Positions 38,896 through 51,389 of a DNA stretch of 64,000 nt are shown piece by piece (positions within the stretch are counted from its first letter, which is position 1; the number at the start of each line of letters is the position of its first letter). The DNA lies in NCBI GenBank assembly GCA_002633005.1, contig NMRA01000097.1, positions 446,686 through 510,685 of the forward strand. The letters are read 5' to 3'. A model generated the notes under the pieces. That model was not told the DNA's origin. It ran no database searches and was given only the letters and a program-made list of their open reading frames with translations. The DNA is from Phoronis australis. Taxonomy: Eukaryota > Animalia > Phoronida. Made by a program: the position numbers and the translations under genes.

Positions 38896-40775
38896 AAACG
38901 TCTACACAAATTGCACCTAGTGCAGCTCCTGGTTTAAACGCGGGCTTCTTTTTTAAAGTTCGGTCAGGTATGAATTACGCCACAAACATAGAAGCACGTC
39001 TACCTTACAGATGTGACAATCCCTAGCCTCGGAATACTTGAGAACCCAACAAAAATACTAATTATAAAATACCGGTGATGATAATCATCCACTTTGTTAA
39101 TTTACTTCACCTACACAATTGGAAATAGCCGCTATAATAAAACTCGTTCGAGTAAGCACAACATCATGCGCGCACCTAGGGGAGCTCAGGGGACTCGAAC
39201 GAGCCCTTCCCACATTTGGCGAAGTGGGCAAAAAGGTCGGCTCCTGAGATACAGAATGTCCGAGGAAATGGGACAAAAGTCCAGTAAACGCTCAATTCAC
39301 ATTGGTGCTCCCGTTTTTTTTTTTATTTTATTTTTTTTATTTTTAGTCCGCCCGCTCTTTTGTTACCAAAAGGTCTATAACGTCAGGAATTAGAACCCAA
39401 GAAGCTCAAGTAACGGTCAAATCAGGATGGGCATAAATAAGGAAATTTACTTGTCAACAGATTAGACAAATAAAAATAAGACACAAAGCGTTGCTACAGT
39501 GCACACGCGCACAAAATCTGGGTCTATCATTTTCCCGCTGCAAGCGATTGAACTATTCAGATCACCAATGTCGCAAACCTTTCGAAAACAAGCAATTTTC
39601 TACATGGACGTTGGCGAAGAACATCAGTCTGGTGAGAGCAACACAGAATCGTACGAAGGCGATGATTTTCGAAACTTGATTCGTTGTGTTGTTTTTCATT
39701 GTTTCTTTACAGTTAAAATACTCCTGAAAATCGACGTTGCAAGTGATGGAAACTTGTCTACGCTCTTGTCCTTTGTTTCAAACCTTTAACCCATTTTTTT
39801 ATAAAGGGGTGTACTGTTTTTGTCTCATGTTGATAATGCATAACGGTAATATCTATTTAAGGTGTTACGACTGTCATCGATATTATCGTCTCTTCTGTTT
39901 TCATCCAGCCTTCCCTGATGAAAACTTGAATGAAGAGGTCCTTCAGTACTTGAGTGAGCCCGCCATACTGTGTGATTTATGTTGAATTATTCAACGGTTC
40001 TTTAGAACGATTTCACGCTATGCCTAAGGCTTATGCACACTACAACTAACGGCCCTTTTAAGGGCCACTTAACTCTTCCCAGAAGAACTGCTCGCTTGAG
40101 AATGTTGAATTATAAGCATGGAAAGGTTAAACTAGTCAAATCGTTGCAGAGGCGCATGTTTTAATTCGAACAAAATTAATATTTTCTAAACCAAAAACGT
40201 TATATAAGTATCTTTTGCATTCACAGGTACTCCTTGGAATTTGTGGACAAACATGCTTTCATAGTTTTCTCAGTAGGCCTATGTGAACCATAAATCACAA
40301 ACTGTTCGATAACTACATGTATGCTGCTATGCTATTGGCCAAGCAGACGACATAATCAGTCGGCACCGAAGTTTGTAATTAATCACCCGTAGCATTGTCA
40401 AAAGTACTCACGATACCAACACTTCTACTATTGAAAGACTTTGAACAGCGGTTCAATGCCGAAATTAATATTTTTTCATTGTACTGGACAGTAAAGTTGA
40501 TGCAAATATTTCTCGTCAAAGTACACTAACCGGAAACTACACCAGAAAATTTAGGAGAGTGGCGGCGCCTCTTGGCTTGCACGGAAGAAAATGTCGGAGT
40601 TGCGAATCTGTTGTCTATAATCTATGATAATCACTCAGGAACTTAATACCGCGCCCAACGCCCCATGGTCGTAATCTGCTCTTGAACTATACAACCGTTA
40701 AGCAGAAGAACATTTATTCATCAGAACCACCTAGGGAAGCTAAGTCTCAAATTTGTAATGGTAGGAAAGACTCAC

Positions 40776-40887
40776 CTACGCAGACACCCGCCTTGTTAGT
40801 GCAGTCTTTCACACAGGCCTGGCTTCCGTCTTTGCAATTGGCAATCGTGCATTCGTTGTTCAAACCAGCCTTGGTGTTGACGTTGCC
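40776..40887 (-). CDS. Main gene, exon 2: small Cys-rich segment
   Basis: tttttttcAG...GTGAGT, phase 0-1, 112 nt, GNVNTKAGLNNECTIANCKDGSQACVKDCTNKAGVCV. Confidence 0.85.
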
Positions 40888-42804
40888 CTGAAAAAAATAA
40901 TACATCCAAAATTACTATGAATGGGCAAGTTCTGTGATCGCTTTTATCGTGTTGCGTCACCAGTCCCCGAATACCGATTCCGACTGTTAAATATTAGAGT
41001 GCAATCCATTGAAATGCAAACCCAAGTCTGAAAGCTAAGAAATTGCAAAAAGATAAATCTGCAGGCTAAATAATACTTGTACTTCTACTGCCAACTGAAA
41101 ACAATCAATCGAGGTTTTGGTTTGATTGAGTTCTTACAAAGTTTACTTGACAGTTGACAACCAAATTGCACATTTCAGTTGAGTTTCTATTCATGAAATC
41201 TAACGCCAGACTTGTGCTCTTCATCACTGTAACTTGTATTTATCGCCTACCAATTTAAAGAGTCAATATGTTTCAATTTGCTACATCCTTACAAATAACT
41301 TAGTTTGTGTTTGTGTACTTTAATTCAGTGGTTCGATGAATCTAATGTCGCCACAAGTTGGAGGGGAAATGTTCAATTGTCTGAAAATTATATTTCTTTT
41401 ACAAAAATTGTAACACTCTTTGTCAAAATTCATCTTAGACATTCTGAAATGTTCTAATTAATTGATGCTGTTGTTTTATTTCGACTTTATTTTTTGATAG
41501 GTTTTACATATGATATGGTCAAGTAACACAATTACCTCACGTACATGTAAATTTTCAAACTCTGCAGAGTTCACGAAAATTTATACTTTTTAGAATTCCG
41601 CTCTTGTGCTGTAGCGTGTCAGTCTGATCCACAAAGGCGGTGAGATTTTTTGTCTGTGAAAATACTACCAGGGTTTGAGACAATTAACTTTTAACAGACG
41701 AGACCTTTTCAAACAAACTTTCCACCTTTTCAAAATAACATGTGAGTATACGGGTATTTTACATGGCGTTTTTTTTAAATAAAAAAACAAGATTAAAATC
41801 TCATTTCGGGTTTGAAAGTCAAACGCCGAATATCAAGTTATTTTAGATATTGTTTTTGACTTAAGCACTTTTAACGATGTACGTTTAAAATGGTTTTGTT
41901 CATAGAACAGAAGGGTACTGCTACGGTTAAACATTCTAAATTATGCAAAATGAAAGTCATATGCTTCTAGAGTTCACATGTGAGATCATTCGAAAGTAAG
42001 TAGAAGTTGACCTTGCCATGGTTGTTTTCCAATGAAAATATAGTGGCGAGTAGTGTTGGCTTCAGAGAAAGGATAGTTCGATTGTGACGGTAAACAGCCT
42101 CAAAATGTTGCAATTGCGTGTCAAAAGAGGCCAAGGAGCATGCTCTATATGGAATAACGAAATATTGCTGCTTTTCGAGCTCAGATAACTATGCCCGGTT
42201 ATATGAAACAGTTCTGTATAGGGACTAAACCGAGTTCATTAAAGCTTCAGCGTGTCGATCTGTGCTGAGAGGTCTTATTTTTCACCAGTTTATAATCGTT
42301 ATGAGTTTCTCGTTGACTGGTGTCGTTTCCTTATGATATAAGTAAAAACACTTTTAATAGGAATGAAATTGGGAATTAATTTCAATCATTCACTTAGCAG
42401 TGCTGCAGGAAAAGATCCTACTTATTCTCAAAAGGAGAATTTAACTTCCCTCAACTTTTGCCTTAAACAAATACTCGCTATTAAACTAAAATATCGCACG
42501 TAAAAACTGATCCACAAATGCGTACACGATTTAAGCAAATTAGCTTAGACAATTTCGTGCACTGAGCTGGGCACACATCTCGCCCGCGTAAAACCCTTTC
42601 TGCACATCCCAATCACTCGTAACGCTATTTACATAATGCAGTGACTTTGTTTGCGACAATCGCATTGCGCAAAACTGAGTCGCATATTAATAAGACAATT
42701 GCAACGGAAACCGTCAACAAACAATCGGAATTGTAAACAGGGTTTGACGTGTCACAAATTAACGCAGTCTCTAAATAACGAGTATGTTCAATTCCACAAC
42801 TCAC

Positions 42805-43197
42805 ATGTTCCCATATCCTTTTTACAACTTGATTTGATTTGAAGTTCTGTATTAGTATGTTGCTACCAAGATTTCCTCCCTGTTTCCCAGTTTTTCCATG
42901 CGACTCCACATTGTGATAACGTTCCTGGGACAAGTAACATACTCCTCTATCGTGTTCGTAAGAAGCCGAGGTGCAAGCTGTCTTTCTCATGCAGTAGAGC
43001 GCACACTCAATTTTACTTTTTGTGCCAGTGTGTTTCGCGAAGTATGACTGTGAAAACAAGGCCGTTGTACTCGTAGCAGAGCATGTGAGTCCCAGCGAAT
43101 TGTCGCAGCAAGTTTGGATTGTTTCTCCAAATAGTGTGTCTGACTGACAAAACTTAACCAGCATTAAAAACAACGTTGTACAAACGGAAAAAAACAT
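42805..43197 (-). CDS. Main gene, exon 1: signal peptide plus PAN/Apple domain
   Basis: MFFSVCTTLFLMLVKFCQS hydrophobic leader; SKIECALYCMRKTACTSASYEHDRGVCYLS PAN pattern; ends RIWEH|GTGAGT in phase 0 (393 nt). Confidence 0.88.
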
Positions 43198-43230
43198 GTC
43201 ACTTGTCGTTTTCAGCAATGCTACTGCGCG

Positions 43231-43264
43231 ACTGATCACCACGGACAGTCTCTCGACTTATATA
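43231..43264 (-). promoter_or_regulatory. TATA box plus Initiator core promoter of the main gene
   Basis: Minus-strand TATATAA starting 43264 and TCAGT with its A at 43233, a canonical 31-nt spacing, 36 nt upstream of the ATG. Confidence 0.75.
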
Positions 43265-44350
43265 AACAGAATGTCAATCGTTGATATCCAGGAAACGTAA
43301 CGATCTCTATTCTGTTTCTAATTTAATGACAATGATCAGGTAAATTAAACCTAACCAACACCCATCGCGCCATATTCTACATGTAAATGTAGTCTAAACC
43401 GCTGAACGGATAACAAGCAGCCGGTAACGGGTATATATGTATTAATAAGTAATACACGGGTTATTTTGCTCACCAAGCTTTGATACAATATTCGTCATAT
43501 TGAGCACGATTTTAGCATGTGGACACGTAGTGTTTAAAGTCGTGCAATGAATTTCCCGCGCTATTATTGCTTTGTATAAATAGAAACGGTCCACACTTCA
43601 CCCCTTCAGGAATTTCAACCAGGAACTGCCGCCGATATGTTGCATAGCAACCAACCTATACCTCACCACAAGACAACTGAATTGCTGTAAACGTTCTCGA
43701 TGGTTTTTAATACAAATAGCGGGAATCACATTTTTCATTTGTTACCTATGAAATAGTGTACAGAAATACAGAAGGATACTGATCAAACGCATGCAAACTC
43801 AAACCGGGATAACAGGTAGCAAATCAGTATTGAACCTGTCATTAGTTAAGTAGATGAGCTAAACATATCAAATGTGAATATCATAGTTCTCATGAGGTCA
43901 TTAATAAAATTTGCTAATGGAATTAGCGTCACTACAGATAGACAGGGCTACGTCGAGGGTGGCATAGATGGCGGGAAATAACATGTTTACATTTCCAGTA
44001 ACAAAGGTCCTCGTTCTCCAGGAGCTTGAGGGTTCTACATGTATGTTTCAGCTTAATTCAATCTGTCTATAGCTTAGCATCATTCTCAATAACCGACTAC
44101 GGCTGAAAGTATGAAAACCTGTTCACAACTCGAAGTCAGAAGTCACAAACCCATGACCTGCTCCACCAGACAGAAAACAAATTGGTTTATAATCAAATGT
44201 TGTACTATTGTAAAGTCAAAAGACAGATGTCAATAGTCTCCTTGAAAAAGAAGACGCAGATGGTAACTGGAGTGAAATCAGTGGCAACATATTTTGGGCG
44301 GAACACGCTTGCGAAACGTTAAGGTATGACTTTAGCAAAGCTGTAGCGCG

Positions 44351-44495
44351 TTAGTTCAGCATGAAGACTTCGTTGACCACAATGCGGCAGCTGGAATCCC
44401 AGCAGGTGTAAGCGTCGTTGTAGCTGTAACCAAGAAACGTCTATACGTAAAATCTTATGTTGCAGCTTCCTGATGGAAGGTAGCAGACCCGCCAA
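44351..44495 (-). pseudogene. Pseudogenised terminal exon of an older paralogue (CTHRC1-type C-terminus)
   Basis: ttttcAG acceptor; GG[frameshift]CYLPSGSCNIRFYV*TFLGYSYNDAYTCWDSSCRIVVNEVFMLN* aligns with exon 61451-61596; 145 vs 146 nt. Confidence 0.88.
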
Positions 44496-46065
44496 CTGAA
44501 AAGACATACAGTGTGTATAATCGGGTTTCAGTTGCGAACGTCAAAGGATTAGTAATCCACAGTCTTCATCACTCAAAAGTAAAAAGTAGACTCCTGAACT
44601 GGAGATGCGGGGTGGTACCTGAAAATCGGGCACTAAAGCAACACCCACTGCGGAAATTCCGCCCACACACCATGATAGCTCGACAACATTTTCGCACAAA
44701 CTGGAAATTTTAGGTATTGTAACACCGAAGACACAATACATATAAAACAAGTTATCAGTGATTAGCTGCTTTAAACTTATTTTATGTATTCACTGTATTT
44801 CTATTTTGTCTAAATTTTCAATTGGCTTTGAGCAAAACAGTATTTAAAAATAACTCGGCGTTTCTTAAAAGGTCACGACATTTGACCCCGAGCCTCTGAC
44901 ATAGAAACTAGATACAAACCTAGGCGAGTCAATGAAGGTAAACCGATTCATTGCAATGTTTCTCGTTCGTTATGTGGTATAAACAGATTATTTCATGTTT
45001 TCAGTCGTCATCCCCCGTATATCTAGATCCGTTATAGGATAATTATCCAAAATTCGTCGGGGTTAAAGATCACGAGTGTAGAGTAAATTTGTATTGAATG
45101 TCTTCCTAGTGAATCCAGGATTAAAATTCCATTCAAAGAAACTGGAGAACTGGCCCACTGCAGTTCATGCTTGGACTGAGTGAATTTGCACACAAGTACT
45201 TGAACCCAGGAGAGAGATTGGTTATGTTTTGAGTTTGAAGACTATTTTCTAGGCTCTGTATATACACGTTAGTAAGTTCATACAAGTTTTACAAATCAAT
45301 GTTGTATAAGCAACACAATACATTTTCAGCCAGTTAATTCTTTTATACTGAGATAGGTTTTATACGTCTGTTATTCAATTTTGGTGCCTTTATTGCAGAG
45401 TGGGGCTTTAACGGTCGTTGGAAGAGGACGGCTACCTGGACAACACAAAGTATACACTAATGAACTTTAGCTCATGCACCTATGAATACAGTTATCTGAT
45501 GTCAGAATTGCGCGTTTGTAGGCACAAAACATGAATTTTTTGCCTATGAAGCTAAGCGAACCGATGTATCTAAAGAAGATTAAGAGGCTTTTAATAAGTG
45601 ACCAACTTTGTAATCAAATGTCTAAGTTTTCAAATTTCCACCTCCTATAGCCAGGTTGTACTTAGTGTAAGTTTTAATGAAACTTGTTCACACCATTGAG
45701 TGTATTGGGTTTACTGTTAACATTATTGTTCAGAAAAATGAACATTTAAAAACCACGAGTGGCAATTCTAGGCACTATTTCTAGCCTATGGAATGCAAGG
45801 AAATCCAAAAGTACTTCCCAAAACCACATCTGTGACAACTTCAGATAAACTTTCAGTTACGTTTTATTTTATGCCCTTGTCTCTGACGATGTTCTTGGAT
45901 TTTGAATGTTAGTTGAATTGTTATTCCTTGGGTCATTGCTGTAATTTTAGTAGAAAAAGTCTGCGCTGATGAAGCATAGTATTCTGTTGTATACACTCCC
46001 TGTAACTGACTGTATCTGTGCTTCATTACTTGTTGCTGGGCCTAGCTAGGTGGCCACTGTATTAT

Positions 46066-46113
46066 GACTTCTGAGGATGGTGTTTAATAAATGACACCGA
46101 AACATGTCAAGTT
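46066..46113 (+). ncRNA. Minimal type I hammerhead ribozyme
   Basis: GACTT-CTGAGGA-T-GGTGT(loop)ACACC-GAAA-CATG-TC-AAGTT: core boxes, stem II, palindromic short stem III (ACATGT), GUC site and 5-bp stem I. Confidence 0.7.
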
Positions 46114-46719
46114 TTAAATCCGTTGTTGTTTTCGTGAACATATTCTGTTGTATAGTCCTTCCTGGCCATGTACTCACTTTTTCTTTGGTTGTGTTTCATG
46201 ATTTTGTGGTGATTTATCTGTCTGAACATTGCATTCCGATTCCTCAATTCCCACATATTGTGAGATACTGCCAAGTATCAACGTATGAATATGCTATTAA
46301 GCTGATTTAGTTTTCACTGCACTGTATTTATGACACTTGATGAACAGATTCTTTAACTGTGTCTGGATTTTAGGTTCTTGTATTTCGCGCATGCTCAAAC
46401 ATTGTAAGGATCTAGTGTAAATTCAGGAAATGCAACCAAGTATTGTTAATGATATGTTAATAGAACTCTATCTCGTTAAATGATGTATGAAAATCATTAC
46501 ATTTGTTACTGTACTCCACTCTTGTTTAATTTAGTGAAAAAAGAATTTTCTTAATGCCTGTGATATTGAAACTTATTGCTCTTGGAGGACTTAAGTTTTC
46601 AAAAGTTATTTCCTCAAAATTATTAAGTTCTGAAAACGAAAAGTTATCAAAAACTTAAGTTTTGATAACTTAAGTTTGTTCCTAAAACTTGTTCCAAAAT
46701 ACTTCAGTTTTTGAAACTG

Positions 46720-48200
46720 CCCTATTGAAAAAATTCTCAGTTTGCCGAGTACCATCTTCAGCAATTTGTCCCCACCCTTCCTCCGTATGTTAAAGATGCA
46801 AATCATTTTTTAAGAAATTAAAACATCACCGATTTACTCAAGAATGTCCTCTTAATTACTCTTGATGTTAAAAACTTATAGACTGATATCCCTGAGCATG
46901 GAGGCGTAGAAGCCGGCAAGAAATTTCTTAATCCACGTAATAATCCGAATGTACCTACGTCATTCATTACCCCTCTTCTTGAACATGTACTTACCACGAA
47001 TCACTCCATCTATCAATAATAAACATTATCTCCAAATATAAGGTACAGCTATGGGCATTAGGGTTGTCCCTACTTTTGCAAACCTTTTAATGGCAAATCT
47101 TGAAAATAACGTCATCAAATCTTTCTCTAAAAAACCACCTCTCTGGCTGAAGTATATTGACGACATTTTTATGATCTGGTCCACAAACATTATATGCATC
47201 CTAAGAAAACATTAACAAATTTCACACCACAATAAACTTCACCCACGACACTTCTCAAAATGAAATTTCATTTTAGATGTCAGTGTCACCTTTAGTAATG
47301 ATATACTAGAAACGGACTTATTCTGTAAAGAAAGTGACATATCTTTCATTTCATCCCTCTCACGATATGAAAAGCCTTCCATATACATGTAGTCTTGGAA
47401 TTGGAATTCGTGGCATTTGTTCAGAAGAAAGTGCCTTTAATAACCGTTTAAAAGAGCTGAAACATTACTTACTCTAAATTCATTTCCCCTTACATCTTAT
47501 ACACAAATAGTTTGACAAAGTCCGCTCAATCACAAGAAGAAATGAATCTTTAAGAACCAAAGCGAAATATAATACTATTAATAGAATACCCTACTCAACC
47601 ATTTTCAATACATGATTAAACGGAATTAGCCACGTCTTCAGAAAACATCTTTCTAACCTGCATATTTCCCCTCAAATGAAAAACCTATTTCCTCATCCAC
47701 CGATAATTTCATGGAGAAAACGTAAAAGCTTAAAAAATATCTTGGTAGAACAAATATGGACTTTAAAAACCAAACTGGCAAACCTATTGACAACACACAA
47801 CGTAACAAATCATGATCCAAAATTTGATACTTGATCAACAACAATACTTCCTTCCAATCTTCTCAAACCAATGAACACTTTCAAATGAAACATAATTTTT
47901 GACTGCACACACAACAATATCATTTACCTAATAACATGTAGAAAATGTTCCATTCAATATTTAGGACAAACGCAACATCATGTACAAACTCGGTTTCACA
48001 ATCTCATATTGAACATAATATAAAAAAAACATTCGTATACTATAGGTAATCATTTCAATTCCAAAAAACACAATCAACAAGACCCTTCTGTACAGAGAAA
48101 CTCCAATACCCCAGTACCCCTCACAGACTCGGACAAATAAGATGAACACACTGGAATCTAATGGATTGAACATAAAGACTCCATACTTCATATCCTTTAT
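46720..48200 (+). mobile_element. Decayed Penelope-like retroelement (RT plus GIY-YIG)
   Basis: LDVKNL*TDIP, GTAMG...PTFANLLM, WLKYIDDIFMIW, TDLFCK, and NIIYLITCRKCSIQYLGQT; many frameshifts. Confidence 0.9.
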
Positions 48201-48498
48201 TTTTCCGCAACTATTTACCATATTCATTTTGCCATTGATCAGATGTCAATTTTTATATGCATGTAGTGTTTATTTTGACTTTACTTCTGTTTCTGTTGCC
48301 GAAGGATGTTATATTCGGAAACTTCAGTGCTCCATTTTTGTTGTATTTTACGTATATCTATTCCGTGTATGTTACGTATTCACTAGAAAGTGTATTCAAC
48401 TTTCTCGTTCTCAAATGAGTGGCACTGAAGTTGACGTCACTAACTAATCCCTCTGGCACTAATTTGTTGTTGATTGGGACTGTCCACTGTGTGCTACA

Positions 48499-48762
48499 AT
48501 GGATGTTGACAACTTCTTGTTAGAATGTTATGTAAATCCTACTTCCGCTTGTTTATCGAAACTCAAAAAGTCAGATTTGTTAGCGGTTGGTGGCAAAATA
48601 GGTCTTGGCACAAAAACGGCAATGCGCAGGAGTGAAATCCTGAGAAAAGTTTGTCATTATTTTGTAGAAGTTTTGTTACCTGACGACATTCTTTCCCCTA
48701 TAAAGCTTCAGAGTGAAATTGAGAATGAAATGATTAAACTACAACTTCAAATTTTAGAGTGA
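48499..48762 (+). mobile_element. Gypsy LTR retrotransposon gag N-terminal fragment
   Basis: YVNPTSACLSKLKKSDLL...RRSEI followed by a coiled-coil-like stretch, typical of Gypsy gag starts; no pol follows. Confidence 0.55.
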
Positions 48763-49020
48763 GTAAGAGCGCCTATGTTTATACCAAATAAAGAGACGTT
48801 ACAGAAAAATAGACGAAATGGAGAAAAGTTGACATTTTATTTTTGAAATTTGATAGTAAACGAAATGCTGCTTCAATAGAAATGAAAAGGCTTTAGGAAA
48901 AACCCTAAAAATACCGGGTGAGCTGCTTGAATTCTGGTTCACTTGCCAAGAAACACTTCTAATACTGAAATTCAGTAGTGTGGTTATCGTGTTCCAGGTC
49001 TCTTAAAAGGAAAACCAAGA

Positions 49021-49120
49021 ATGGAGAGGCGTTGCGTTAGTGGTGGTTGTAGCATCGTAGTTTCTGACCATGACGTAACTCTATTCGCTTTCCCACGAGA
49101 TTTAGGAACACGTTTGAAGC
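49021..49120 (+). pseudogene. THAP-domain N-terminal fragment of a DNA transposon
   Basis: MERRCVSGGCS...LFAFPRD. Confidence 0.55.
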
Positions 49121-50517
49121 TCACGAAACTCGTTTGTTGGTTGGCATGTTACACTGAAGCTGGGTACTTTTATACGCCACTCGCACGTCAATAGGGTTAA
49201 GACACTTTCAATTGAAGTCCACTTTGCTTAATTTCTACTTGTTGGGATATCTAATTTAGGATTGCGATATACAATGTAAATGGACTAAATGAAATTTTAA
49301 AATTAAACAACATACATCGATCAATAACAGCATTACAATCGTTGCTGGCACAAGCCAGTTGATTTTAACCATAATGTTTTGAGTAAAACGCTGAAACTTT
49401 CAAGATAATGAAAATTCAACAAAAATTTGACATTTGATTAAACAGATGCGTCGAAGTTTTATGTATGTGCACTCATGCGGTCATGGGAAATTTAACCAAC
49501 ATAAAGAAGAAAATGTCGTCATGGTTACTATCGTTATGGAATTAATCTATGAAACGGGATCATCGATTACTTAACAACTGGATGTCCAGATAAATGCTAG
49601 CAATCAGTTTGTCATGGAGGACCTTACATACATTTTTGTGTGTTATACCAAAATATTTAAAATAACTATAGATTTTAATCAGTAAAAGTGTTTGTTTTTT
49701 AATTTGATTGTCCACGTTTAATGGTCTGTCATCAATTGCCTATAACAACCGTATCATTTTGCTAAAATGAGTTGAGCACAAATTTTAAATATAGTATCCA
49801 TAACTTGAACAAATTTCATTTCATATAAACTAGAGTATACCTAACTACACCATCTGTTTTCGTTTCAAAAGTCCTACTTTATATCCCTAACACGCGAGGG
49901 TAGACCAATTTAAAAACAATCCCTAGCACAAATTTGAGAGTAGAGCATCAAGCATAATTTCGTTATTTCAATTACTGTAGTCTTTTCAGAATTAAAATAT
50001 TTTCCAAAATTTGGATATTTTTTTGTGTCCTACATCACCGTCACGTTGAAGGTGGCGAGTTTGGTCAATGACTGAGACAGTTTAAAATCCAGTCAAATCG
50101 ATTTTGTACGTGATACATCTTCATGTACATAAATCATCAAAAAATCCCTAAGCTAAAATGTCGACTTTTATTCTCGCAATAAGAAATGAACTTGCTGTCA
50201 CATGTCTTCGTCAAAGTTTTCCATTAAAATAAACTTGTTTGGAAAAAGAATCAAAATCATTAAATTTCATAAAATCTTGTCAAATTTCAATTATACATAT
50301 AGATGATTCAAAACCAACCCAACTGTTTCACCTTACTTAAACACCCAGGAAAAGTTAGCTGGTAAGAGAACAAAACGATATCCAATCAGTCTTCACTAAA
50401 CCATAAAATTGAACAGATTAACATTTTCGTGACACACGTTACTGGCTCAAGGACTGACTCCTTAATATCCATGCAAATTTGCCTCTCCTTTGTCAAAGAC
50501 GACAACTCAAACACCAG

Positions 50518-50796
50518 CAGCCGATTTTATGAAGGTAGTTTTAGGTTAAACCTGGTTTAAACTGAAAACTTATACCACATTTAAAGATAATCTGCATTTC
50601 AATGACGTGATTTAAGTTTTAGACCAGTGGAATAGTAAAACCTGGTCCGATTTCAAAGTTGAACCTGTTCTAAATCAATTTCCATCTTACCTTCGAGGTC
50701 TATATCCCTTAGACATGTAGTAAGATCATAAACCAGGTTTAACTTGGTCAGACTCAGGTTTAGTCTTGCACTTACATGATATAGGTGCAATTCAAT
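50518..50796 (+). mobile_element. Harbinger-like left-end fragment
   Basis: Colinear homologue of about 1951-2245, starting with CAGCCGATTT. Confidence 0.8.
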
Positions 50797-50842
50797 GTTT
50801 TAATGTTTGTTACTAAATCTTCAACACAATGAATACATATAT

Positions 50843-51270
50843 AACCCAGAAAGCGCTAAGAGGCTTTATATCTGGGGTAAAACAATACAAATAAATCTAA
50901 TAAATACAACTATTATGCACAAATACATGAATTACATTGATATATGATTACTAATGTAAATAAATGATTTTCATACACATGTATACAGTTCTATACACTC
51001 CCACAAAGAGATTTAATATTATAGAGAAATTTTGATACTTTTTCGAATAAAATCTTAACTTCATTTGGGTTGAGTTGTTGACATCCATATAGAAAAAAAA
51101 TTGTTGTACAATTGCGGAATTTAAGAATATTGTTTGAAGCCATTGGGGTATTGTTCAAGGGTCTGGAAAAGTTGTACCCTCTGCTACCTGCACAACTCAA
51201 AACAAGGAAAACAATGTGCATTTGTCTCCACAGGAAGACAGAGGCGAAATATTATTAAAATTATGTCTAA
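50843..51270 (+). repeat. Inverted diverged copy of about 60880-61335
   Basis: Shared blocks such as ACCCAGAAAGCGC, CACAAAGAGATTTAATATTAT, TGTCTCCACAGGAA and GGCGAAATATTATTAAAATTATGTCTA. Confidence 0.85.
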
Positions 51271-51389
51271 ATTTCTCGTTGTTTAGGAATAGACCGCATC
51301 TTGATCGGTATAGGACTTTTCATAGTTGCGAGGAAGTTGAAATGATGTCAATGGAGTTGGCAAGTCTTGAGTAGTGGTATGCAATTTAA

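Noticed and set aside
42625-43242. Single-exon 205-aa PAN gene as given by the ORF track
   Set aside because: The listed start is a GTG upstream of the predicted Inr; a strong GTGAGT donor at 42804 and a phase-compatible next exon indicate the tail is intron read-through.
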